27,310 nt of DNA from a virus (Duplodnaviria > Caudoviricetes). Of the stretch, positions 7,517 to 15,926 are shown piece by piece (position 1 is the first letter of the stretch; each line of letters begins with the position of its first letter). The notes beneath the pieces were generated by a model. It searched no databases. It was not told where the DNA came from and saw only the letters and a list, made by a program, of their open reading frames with translations. The stretch covers positions 1 through 27,310 of IMG/VR virus record IMGVR_UViG_3300032225_000322; one strand, 5' to 3'. The position numbers and the translations under genes were made by a program.

Positions 7517-9705
7517 TATCTTCTACCATCAGGTCTAATATCAATGCGTGGACTACCTAGTTGCCAAGCTACATCTTTTTCTGTAGATTCAATTCTAAAT
7601 GCCATTTGACGAGCACGAAGGCGGGTATATACCTGCCCGGTAAATTGCTGGATTGTGTATTCTGGAGCAACCGTATAGTTTTGTGCCGACTGCACTTGAG
7701 GGCTATCTGCTTGACCGTATGGAGTACCTGAGTTTTGGCGAGGTCTAACTGTCATAGTAACTTTTGGCTCGTTCCCAATTGACCCGTTAAAATTGACGTC
7801 AGGTAATATTCTCCAAACAAATCCAAAGTTATGCCCATCCCCAATGTCAAAATCAGAGCTTTGTATATAAGAGTAAATTGGCTGCGGACTTGTTGTTGCT
7901 GCATCATTGCAACCATTCTCATGGTAAATCAGTCTTTTATTGTAGTCGGCGGCAATAGGGTATTGGACAATACCGGTTTGGAACCAAGCAGAACGATTCA
8001 TGTTACCGTAGTACCAGACTCTATCTAAGTAGTTATATATAACGTATTTGTCTACTACAGTATTGTTGCTTGATTGACTTACATAGAACCACCAAACTTC
8101 GTTAAAAGCGGCGTTTGCCCCAGCAAATACTTGGTATGCTTGGTCTTGATTAATGTCTGCATAAATGTATTGACGTAGCGAGCAAGGTAAGGTTTCTACT
8201 CGTCCAGAATACATATAGAAACGGTCAACACCCATCCAATAAGTTATATTATTAACCGTAATCATAGCATTGGGAGATATTACAGAGATGTTATCCATAA
8301 GCATTTGGAAACCCCAAACATACGGAGGTCCAAGATACTGCATAGAATATATCGCCGAGTCACTCCAAACTAAAATTTCTTGGCGAGTTGACCGTGCCCC
8401 AATAATATAAGAGCCATTGGTTAAAAGATATTCACCAGATTGGTTTGTAGTTGTTGGAACCCATTGATATGCATTTGCTTGGTCTGCCCAACGAACTAAC
8501 ATTGGGTCAAATGCGGAGTTACTTACTAATTTACCGTTAACTGTAGCGGTTGCGGCTCCAGGGGTGTATGGGTTAGCTCCAAAAGCAATAACAAACTCTT
8601 GCACTTCAGAAGTAAGAACTTGATTAGTCTTAGTCGGTATATATCCACCAGCGTAAGAGAAGTTATAGCTTCCGGCATTTACACCTGTAGTAGCGTTAGT
8701 AATAGGAACTGTAGTAGCCCCGGTAACATAGCTTGACCCTACTTGTGTCCCTACGGGAATGTTTGTGCCTGATATAACCATAAACGGATAAATATAAGGG
8801 GCAGTCCCTGCAGGAATAGTAATGGAGCTAACACCACTAGTAAACGTAGCGGTTGAAGTAAATGCTGTAGTAGTATTAGCCACCGCACTTAAATAGGTAG
8901 CATTTGTACTTACCCCATTAGCATCTTGCCAGTAGAATATCGGCCCACCACGAGGAGCTAAAACAAGGTCGGTGCCATAGTTATCGTTAGTCCAAAGACG
9001 TAGCTGCTGACCAATACCAACGTTGTATGCAGAACCCCATGCGCCACGAGACCAAGGACCAGCGCCCCAGCCATTACCTGTAACATAAACGTCAAGTCCA
9101 GCAGGGTAGTAGTATGCAATTGTAACCGTACCACCACCAGAACCTGTAACAGGCACAGGATAAGCAATTGTGTATTGGGTTGCAGAAAGTACAGAAACCA
9201 CAGTGTACTGCCCAGAAATAGTTACACCGCTACCATAATAACCACCCCAGCCATTAGCAGACCAAGGGTCTTCGCCCCAGCCAGCACCCGCTCCTACAGG
9301 GGCAGAGCTAGTAATATATATGGTGTCCCCAGCATTTGGGCTATAAGATGCATCTGTAACAGTAACTATATTAGTGCCGTTCCCAGTAAATGGGTTAGTT
9401 AAAGTATCTGTTTGGACTATTGGGGTAATGTTGTAATAAATACCGCCTTGGTAAATAAAGTAACCGCTGTTTGTACCTAAACCAATATAAATATTGCCGC
9501 TTCCTAAATCCCCGTCAGCCCATACCCATAATGAACGGCAAACACCGCTATACTGGCTATTAGATATTTGCTGCCAACCACCAATTTTCTCAGGAAAACC
9601 AGAACGGAAACGAATTTTGTCGCCATCATACCAACCCCCTTCGTTGGAGTAGTCAGTACCTTCACGGTTTAATCCTGGTCGAAACTGTAGTTTTTGTAAC
9701 GGCAT
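7516..9705 (-). CDS. Tail hub / DNA stabilization protein (P22 gp10-like beta-propeller)
   Basis: 729 aa; MPLQKLQFRPG...GGWYDGDKIRFRSGFPEKIGGW start, DPMLVRW, FNEVWWFY and ...RLRARQMAFRIES...WQLG...DIRPDGRR end, recognisable from this family. Confidence 0.8.
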   Translation of the reverse strand: MPLQKLQFRPGLNREGTDYSNEGGWYDGDKIRFRSGFPEKIGGWQQISNSQYSGVCRSLWVWADGDLGSGNIYIGLGTNSGYFIYQGGIYYNITPIVQTDTLTNPFTGNGTNIVTVTDASYSPNAGDTIYITSSAPVGAGAGWGEDPWSANGWGGYYGSGVTISGQYTVVSVLSATQYTIAYPVPVTGSGGGTVTIAYYYPAGLDVYVTGNGWGAGPWSRGAWGSAYNVGIGQQLRLWTNDNYGTDLVLAPRGGPIFYWQDANGVSTNATYLSAVANTTTAFTSTATFTSGVSSITIPAGTAPYIYPFMVISGTNIPVGTQVGSSYVTGATTVPITNATTGVNAGSYNFSYAGGYIPTKTNQVLTSEVQEFVIAFGANPYTPGAATATVNGKLVSNSAFDPMLVRWADQANAYQWVPTTTNQSGEYLLTNGSYIIGARSTRQEILVWSDSAIYSMQYLGPPYVWGFQMLMDNISVISPNAMITVNNITYWMGVDRFYMYSGRVETLPCSLRQYIYADINQDQAYQVFAGANAAFNEVWWFYVSQSSNNTVVDKYVIYNYLDRVWYYGNMNRSAWFQTGIVQYPIAADYNKRLIYHENGCNDAATTSPQPIYSYIQSSDFDIGDGHNFGFVWRILPDVNFNGSIGNEPKVTMTVRPRQNSGTPYGQADSPQVQSAQNYTVAPEYTIQQFTGQVYTRLRARQMAFRIESTEKDVAWQLGSPRIDIRPDGRR

Positions 9706-9708
9706 GGT

Positions 9709-10296
9709 TTACCCTAGTATAGACATTGCTTTGGCAATTTTGGCTTTACGGTCATCAAGCCCGATTAGGCCGCCGTTAATACGTTTTGTTATTGTCTCAT
9801 AATCCTTAGCATCAGCCAAGGCGTTTAATCCTTTTTTGTTCCAGAACCATCCTGCGGAAAGGCAAGCGTATCGTGGATCTAACAATAACTCAGGGTCAGC
9901 AAGAAGATCAGCGCCAATACCAGATCCGCAGTGTTCATAGTTTTCTTTCCCTGTAAGCTGGATAAGTCCCCTACCTAAATATTTAGCAGCCTCTTCTTCA
10001 CTAGTGTTACCCAATCGTCCGTTGTAAACCTTACTTGCAATTTTGGCTGGTTGACGTGCATATTGGTCAGCAACTTCTTTAGTTGGAAAACGGCTAGGCC
10101 AAGTTTTCATTAACCCCTCGGCGCTGTAGTTAAGGTTTTCTTGTAAGATTTTAAAATTACCAGACTCATGAGCACACTGACCAATAAACGATGCTTGACG
10201 GATAGGTGTTGTAATGTCATATTTAGCAAACGCCTCTTCTAAAGGTCCAAGCCACTTGTGGTCAATACCTAGTTTATCTAGTTGGTCATACGTCAT
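9709..10296 (-). CDS. Endolysin, glycoside hydrolase family 19 (chitinase-like)
   Basis: FIGQCAHESG, ENLNYS, YLGRGLIQLTGKENY, SAGWFW and TKRINGG motifs. Confidence 0.93.
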   Translation of the reverse strand: MTYDQLDKLGIDHKWLGPLEEAFAKYDITTPIRQASFIGQCAHESGNFKILQENLNYSAEGLMKTWPSRFPTKEVADQYARQPAKIASKVYNGRLGNTSEEEAAKYLGRGLIQLTGKENYEHCGSGIGADLLADPELLLDPRYACLSAGWFWNKKGLNALADAKDYETITKRINGGLIGLDDRKAKIAKAMSILG

Positions 10297-10700
10297 TCTT
10301 TCTTTTCCTTAGCTTTCATATCCATAATTTTTTCTAGAGTACGTCCGCCAAAGTAAAAAGACATAATTAACATACCCCATTGGCCTAGCAATTCCACATA
10401 AGTTTTGTTAGTATCTAGGTCAAAGGCCGACATCATGGCAAATACAAAATAACCTATAAGGATAGCAATCAATGTCATGGGACGAATGTTTTTCGATAGC
10501 CAACTATCTGAGCTCATATCTGCTTCTTGTCGCTTGGTCAGTTCTTGAGCTTCTGCTGTGTCTGCCTGTAACTCTGCTAATCGGCCTTGCTGTTGCAGCT
10601 CTATTAATTTTGCTTGCGCCTCTGCTTTTGCAGCTGGGTCGGGGATAACCTTGTCTAGGATTTTCATCCCAACGCCAATAATGTCGTCTATACCAAACAT
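10293..10700 (-). CDS. Holin (GTA-type 3TM holin family)
   Basis: ILDKVIPDP, SDSWLSKNIRPM, two hydrophobic helices and FYFGGRTLEK; ATGA-coupled to the endolysin. Confidence 0.85.
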   Translation of the reverse strand: MFGIDDIIGVGMKILDKVIPDPAAKAEAQAKLIELQQQGRLAELQADTAEAQELTKRQEADMSSDSWLSKNIRPMTLIAILIGYFVFAMMSAFDLDTNKTYVELLGQWGMLIMSFYFGGRTLEKIMDMKAKEKKE

Positions 10701-10711
10701 ATTATTTCTTT

Positions 10712-11167
10712 CTAAAACTGTTTATAACCCCAAGTAAGGTACCAGGCAATGACCGCAGCCACTGCAAAGCAATAGAACTGTACTCTTTTAACTGCTTTAT
10801 AGTCGTGTTGAAAATCTTCATTATTTTTACGCTCCATATCGTCTATATCCAATTTAATTTTTAGCACTGCTTCCCATTCTTTAGCGCCATACTTTTTTAC
10901 AAAATCTATTTTTAGTTTTGCTTCTTGGTCGCTAATTTGCTTTTTATGGTTCCAGTCCCTCAATGCTTTAATTAATGCCGTTTCTTTTTTAAACTCTATT
11001 TCTCTAACCGCTCGGCGTCTTTCCGTTGCTCTCTTTTGCGCTACTTCAAAGCTTTCATTTTGTATATCTTCAATACTTTTAGATAGCCCTTTACTAGCCT
11101 CCCGACTTGCATCTAGGCTTCCGCTAAGAGTCTTTACTCCTTCGGTTATACCAAACGGGTCGGACAT
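10712..11167 (-). CDS. Hypothetical coiled-coil protein with C-terminal transmembrane helix
   Basis: 151 aa; charged helical body, then FYCFAVAAVIAWYLTW; directly upstream of the holin. Confidence 0.75.
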   Translation of the reverse strand: MSDPFGITEGVKTLSGSLDASREASKGLSKSIEDIQNESFEVAQKRATERRRAVREIEFKKETALIKALRDWNHKKQISDQEAKLKIDFVKKYGAKEWEAVLKIKLDIDDMERKNNEDFQHDYKAVKRVQFYCFAVAAVIAWYLTWGYKQF

Positions 11168-11176
11168 AATTCACTT

Positions 11177-11365
11177 TTATTTCACCTTCTTTGTCAGTGC
11201 GGTTTTAGCCTTAGTAGCTTTAGATGGCAAAGGTCTTGTTTTTCTTACTCGTGGTTTAGGTTCTTCTAAATCTGGTATTTTTGGTTCAAAGTTAACTTTA
11301 CCGACTTCAACCTCAATCTTTGGCATATAGCCAAGCTTGTCAAATAACCAGCTAATAATAAACAT
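11177..11365 (-). CDS. Hypothetical small protein (amphipathic N-terminus, basic tail)
   Basis: 62-aa ATG ORF that fills the gap between tail fibre and lysis genes. Confidence 0.7.
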   Translation of the reverse strand: MFIISWLFDKLGYMPKIEVEVGKVNFEPKIPDLEEPKPRVRKTRPLPSKATKAKTALTKKVK

Positions 11366-11366
11366 A

Positions 11367-12965
11367 TTAAGCCCCTACCTTTGCTTGAAGTGCTGCAATT
11401 TTTGCTGCTTGCGCATCTACTTTTGCATTAAGTTCTTTAATAGCACCTACTAAATAAGCAGTCATATCATTTTGCCAACCAATAGACAATGTACGATCAT
11501 TAATAAAGGGCTTTTCTTGGTCGTTAGGTACGTGGCTAGAAACTGCATTAGGTATAACTTGTTGTACTTCTTGGGCAATAAAACCTACTGTTGGTTCAGT
11601 TGTCTCGTATTTCCATGAATAAGTTACTGGATTTAAAGCATTAATTTTGTTTAACGCACCTGTTAACGGAGTTGGGTTATTTTTTAAACGAGAGTCTGAA
11701 ACAGAACCCCAATTACCGCCACCTGTTTTATAAGCCCCTCCGTCCCCAGCAAAAATAAACGCATTAATAGCGCTAGAACCTGCGGGGTTTTTAAAATTAA
11801 AATTATATTGTTGGTCTGTTAAAGAAGTTGATGAAGTAGCATAATAAATAGAGTTATATAAATTACCAGTAATTGAACTATAAAAATTAACAGATGAACT
11901 ACTTAAGACCATTGAATTTGTAGTAGTATTCCCACCAAAATAACTTAGATTACTAAAATAATTTAAACCTGAAAATGAATTAGCTGTATTTAACGCTGCT
12001 AAATTAGCTGTAGCAGGGCTTTGCGATGCCCAAACACTTCCGTTAGAAACTAACAAATTTCCTGCTGTACCTGAAGTAGATAAACCTGTACCGCCATTAC
12101 CAACAGCTACTGTACCGTTTAAGTTAACGCTAGGGTTTGCCCCCGTTCCAGTTACAGAAATATTAGTTCCGCCGCTTACAGAAGTTACTGAGCCACCTAA
12201 AGACCAAACAAATTGATTGGTTGCACCGTTATAAGTTAAATAAAAAATATCTGATGTTCCAGGTTTTGCAAAGAATTGTGTTACTCCTGGGCTAGACTGA
12301 TATACCAAAGAGTTTGTAGTACCACCAGCAAGGGCACTAACAGTACCAGTACTCCAGCTAAAACCAGAACCAGGAGTGTAAGTTAATATTGTTGCAGAAC
12401 CGGCAGAAGGGGGAGCATCAATAAAGTTTGTAGCGCTAGCGCCTGTTTGGTAAGGTATTTTATTTGCTGCGCCGCCACCTAAGCTACCACTAAATACAGG
12501 GGCTGTGATTGTGCCGGTAGCGCTGATTGTTCCAGTAATGCTTAAGTTACCCCCAGTAAATCCGGTAATACCAGAGGAAAAGTTTGTGCCATCGCAATAC
12601 ACTAAAGTAGTTAAACCGTTAGCAATAGTAACAGTAGAGCCAGTAGTTGCGCCAATAGTAATAGCAAACCCACCAGTAGTTTGGTTAGATATAATATAAA
12701 CTTTTTTCACTAGGGGAGCTACAATTGCATTAACCCCTGAGGCAGACCCAGTTACTACGATGACTGCATTTCTAGACTGGTCTGTTGTACCGTTTGCTAC
12801 CGATAAAGTAGCTCCTGAAGTACCTGAAATAGTTACTTGGGCAACGCCAGCTACAGCATCTTCAATAAGCTGCCAGTTAGTGTTAGTTGTGTCTCCCCAG
12901 CTACCAGATTGCTCTCCATTACCTATTTTGGTAAGGGTTAGACTGGTTGTATATGTAGATGCCAT
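11367..12965 (-). CDS. Tail fibre with C-terminal intramolecular chaperone (Peptidase S74)
   Basis: MASTYT...GEQSGSWG anchor; S/T/G-rich shaft with VGNGGTG; SDSRLK at about 11699, GFIAQEV and LVGAIKEL coiled coil; RBS AAGGA. Confidence 0.9.
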   Translation of the reverse strand: MASTYTTSLTLTKIGNGEQSGSWGDTTNTNWQLIEDAVAGVAQVTISGTSGATLSVANGTTDQSRNAVIVVTGSASGVNAIVAPLVKKVYIISNQTTGGFAITIGATTGSTVTIANGLTTLVYCDGTNFSSGITGFTGGNLSITGTISATGTITAPVFSGSLGGGAANKIPYQTGASATNFIDAPPSAGSATILTYTPGSGFSWSTGTVSALAGGTTNSLVYQSSPGVTQFFAKPGTSDIFYLTYNGATNQFVWSLGGSVTSVSGGTNISVTGTGANPSVNLNGTVAVGNGGTGLSTSGTAGNLLVSNGSVWASQSPATANLAALNTANSFSGLNYFSNLSYFGGNTTTNSMVLSSSSVNFYSSITGNLYNSIYYATSSTSLTDQQYNFNFKNPAGSSAINAFIFAGDGGAYKTGGGNWGSVSDSRLKNNPTPLTGALNKINALNPVTYSWKYETTEPTVGFIAQEVQQVIPNAVSSHVPNDQEKPFINDRTLSIGWQNDMTAYLVGAIKELNAKVDAQAAKIAALQAKVGA

Positions 12966-12974
12966 GATGTATCC

Positions 12975-13805
12975 TTATTGATTGTTGTTAATTTGCACCC
13001 AGTTTGGGGTTTGATTATCGTTGATTTTAATCCATTCGCTGGTAGTTTGCGAGTCTAATAAACGGATTGCTTCGGTTACTGCACTTATAAACTGGGCATT
13101 TATTGCGTTTTGGTCTTGAGAATTGAGGTTTTCGACCAACGATAACAAGAACGAGAAGCCTATGTTAGACGCATCTGCAGGGGTGAAATTCTCCGCAATA
13201 GTCAAAGCAAACACCTTACCTGCAACTGACGAGTCAGCTAACCCCGCATTTTCCGCTATGGAGAGCACATAGTCTTGAGCCAAAATGTTAATGTCGCCAA
13301 TCGTCATAGCCTCGGCAACAAAAGCCGCAAAGCTAGCTTGAAGACTAATAAGGTCGGCAATATTGCTGTTTTCTGATATAGACGCTAGGTACGCAGATAC
13401 AGTTGTGGGGGCATCTAAAACGCTGGTAATTGACTCGGTTTGAGCTTGAGCCCCGGCAAAATAGACTGTATTTGAATCAGCGGAGTTAAAGTCTTCAGTC
13501 ATATAAAGCGGTATTGACGTAGAGTTTGCGTCCGCCATAGTAAAGTTTTCAGCTATAGACTGAAGGTACGTAGATAGTACAGAGTTAGCATCGGCAGAAT
13601 TAAAGTTTTCTGCAATAGTAAGCGAGAACAAACCAGCTTGAGAATTAAAATCATTCGTTGTTACGGCTTCTGTTTGACTTGCTAAATAAGCAGATTGAGT
13701 TGCATTGGCATCGGCCATGCCTACATTTTCGGTAACACTAAGGGCGTAGTTATTTATACCTAAAGCGGCAAAGGCTGACTGAGAGAAGGCTGATATACCA
13801 AACAT
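12975..13805 (-). CDS. Structural protein with about 12 copies of a ~20-aa acidic repeat
   Basis: MFGISAFSQSAFA start; repeated [TASV]E-x5-D units about every 20 aa; RBS AAGGA. Confidence 0.8.
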   Translation of the reverse strand: MFGISAFSQSAFAALGINNYALSVTENVGMADANATQSAYLASQTEAVTTNDFNSQAGLFSLTIAENFNSADANSVLSTYLQSIAENFTMADANSTSIPLYMTEDFNSADSNTVYFAGAQAQTESITSVLDAPTTVSAYLASISENSNIADLISLQASFAAFVAEAMTIGDINILAQDYVLSIAENAGLADSSVAGKVFALTIAENFTPADASNIGFSFLLSLVENLNSQDQNAINAQFISAVTEAIRLLDSQTTSEWIKINDNQTPNWVQINNNQ

Positions 13806-13814
13806 AGTCTATCC

Positions 13815-15911
13815 TTAGTAAGTCGGCAAAGCCGCTGTGGGCGGTGTGAATGTAGTGGTATAACGAGCTAAACCATTGGTAATGCGTAGGTCATCTATAT
13901 AGCCATTGAAAGATTCATTTCCGTTTGTTGCGTTAGCACCAATATATGGTCGTGTGGCAGAACCTAAATAATTAGTTGAATCTGACCAAATTGAACCAGA
14001 TTGATTTCCATTAATAAACATTGCAGTGCTGGTTCCAACCCTTGAAATTGCTAGATGAAACCAAGTGCCTGTTGTTACTGCATTTGATGATGTAATTTGA
14101 ATTGTTGAATTAACATACCAAAGAAGTTTGTTTGTTGATCCTTGAAGAATAATACAAGGATATGCCCCGTTGCTTGGTCTACCGTCATACAGAACCATAT
14201 CTGTACCTGGAAGCGAATTTACATAAATCCACATTTCAATAGTGAAATCCCCAGTACCAAAAGCGTATAAACTTGAATTTGCAGGATTTGATGTTAAATA
14301 GTTTCCAGAACCACCGCCAAAACTCAAACTACCTGTCCCATACTTCTTAACACTTGTGCTTACTTGTGCATTACCTACTGTTTGTAGGTTGTTCTGCATA
14401 GCAAGGTCAGGGATGCCAGCGTTAGTAAATCCGGTTAAAAGCGATGTTCCTGATATTGCAGTTAATGGCGCAGTGGGAACGGTAATTGTTGAATTGCCAA
14501 CACCGTAAACATCTACACCTTTTACAAAACGTACATCAGACATATTGCCTGCCAAATACGAACCACCTGTCCCAACGCAATTATTACCAATAGAAAACTT
14601 GCTGTAAGAAGGAATACTGTATCCGTTGGTTGATGTACCAATAGAAGTGCCGTTAACCCAAGCTCTTGTAGTTGAGCCATTATATCCAATGGCTACATGG
14701 CACCATTGGTTTGTAGGCACTCCGGTACCAGTTAAATTCCATTCTGTACCGTTTCCTCTACTAAACTGCCAATAAAATGTTCCGCTGTAATTTGCGTAGC
14801 ATGAAAACAAAATACCGGTTGAGGCGTTCCAATCGTTTGAAGAGCCTTGAACTTGAAAAACAATTGCTTGAGTAGCAGTTTGATATATCCAAAATTCAAA
14901 AGTAAATGCAGAGCCGGGTGTAAATTGATTGGTTACTTGTGTTGTGTTATTTAAATAGCTTGTACTACCATCAAAGTATCCACTTCCACCTATTACGCTA
15001 GTAGAGTATGGTGCTGTTGGGTTAAATGGTGAGAAGCGTTGGACTGATGGTGAGCCACTTACAGTTAAAGCAAAAGCATTTGAACTATTGTCAATAAAAC
15101 GATTGCTTTGGCAAGTCAACAAAGTTGTATTTGTAATTGCCGTTAATGGTGTAGTTGGTGGAGTAAATGTTGTTGTATAAACGGCTGTTCCTTTTACTAA
15201 ACGAACATTAGAAATATAACCTGGAAAAGGGTCTGTGCTACCACCATTAGAACCAATCGCAAAGCCTAAACTGCTATCTCCAAGAGTTGCGCTTGATGAT
15301 GCAGTACCACCACTAACACCATTGATGTAAATGGTAATGGTTGAGCCATTTCTAACTCCAGCAATATGATTCCAAGCATTAAGTTTTAACCCTATTGATG
15401 ATACTATGTAATTAGCACCACCATCATAATAAAAGTTCAGACCAGCACCGCTAGTCATATAAAAAATCATCTTTTGAGTTGATGTGCTTCCTTGGTGCAA
15501 AATCCTAGCATCAGCCGATGCAGAAGTTGGGTAAGCCCAACATTCCCAAGTAAAGTCACCTGGCAATGACCAAGCTGAATTAGCTGCAAGCGTTAAATAG
15601 TTCCCAGCACCGCCAAAATAATTACTCCACAAATTACCATAAGGACTAAAGCTACCCTGTGTAGTATTGCCGTTACGAGTAATAGTAAAGTTATTGGTAG
15701 AGCTATCTAAGAATGTATTGTTCTGTGCGCCATTAGTACCATCGCCATTGAGTAACAATGTAACATCGTAGAAGTATGGGTCAGCAGGAGTGTATATTGG
15801 CCAAAGATTTTGGCTTTGCAAATAAGCCACTTGCTCAAGCGTCCACACACCACTATACGGAAAAGTGGGTGCTGTTTGGTTAATTATGCCGCCAGGCCAA
15901 CGTTCGCTCAT
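13815..15911 (-). CDS. Concanavalin A-like lectin (LamG) x3 protein, putative receptor-binding/adhesion protein
   Basis: Three domains marked by DFTWECW, AFTFEFW and DFTIEMW, each with WxHxA and YxNG motifs, ending in GYIDDLRIT; 698 aa. Confidence 0.9.
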   Translation of the reverse strand: MSERWPGGIINQTAPTFPYSGVWTLEQVAYLQSQNLWPIYTPADPYFYDVTLLLNGDGTNGAQNNTFLDSSTNNFTITRNGNTTQGSFSPYGNLWSNYFGGAGNYLTLAANSAWSLPGDFTWECWAYPTSASADARILHQGSTSTQKMIFYMTSGAGLNFYYDGGANYIVSSIGLKLNAWNHIAGVRNGSTITIYINGVSGGTASSSATLGDSSLGFAIGSNGGSTDPFPGYISNVRLVKGTAVYTTTFTPPTTPLTAITNTTLLTCQSNRFIDNSSNAFALTVSGSPSVQRFSPFNPTAPYSTSVIGGSGYFDGSTSYLNNTTQVTNQFTPGSAFTFEFWIYQTATQAIVFQVQGSSNDWNASTGILFSCYANYSGTFYWQFSRGNGTEWNLTGTGVPTNQWCHVAIGYNGSTTRAWVNGTSIGTSTNGYSIPSYSKFSIGNNCVGTGGSYLAGNMSDVRFVKGVDVYGVGNSTITVPTAPLTAISGTSLLTGFTNAGIPDLAMQNNLQTVGNAQVSTSVKKYGTGSLSFGGGSGNYLTSNPANSSLYAFGTGDFTIEMWIYVNSLPGTDMVLYDGRPSNGAYPCIILQGSTNKLLWYVNSTIQITSSNAVTTGTWFHLAISRVGTSTAMFINGNQSGSIWSDSTNYLGSATRPYIGANATNGNESFNGYIDDLRITNGLARYTTTFTPPTAALPTY
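14395..14423. repeat. 29-bp exact direct repeat, copy 1 (copy 2 at 16480-16508)
   Basis: tgcatagcaaggtcagggatgccagcgtt is identical in both LamG genes. Confidence 0.9.
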
Positions 15912-15926
15912 AATGTAATCATATCC

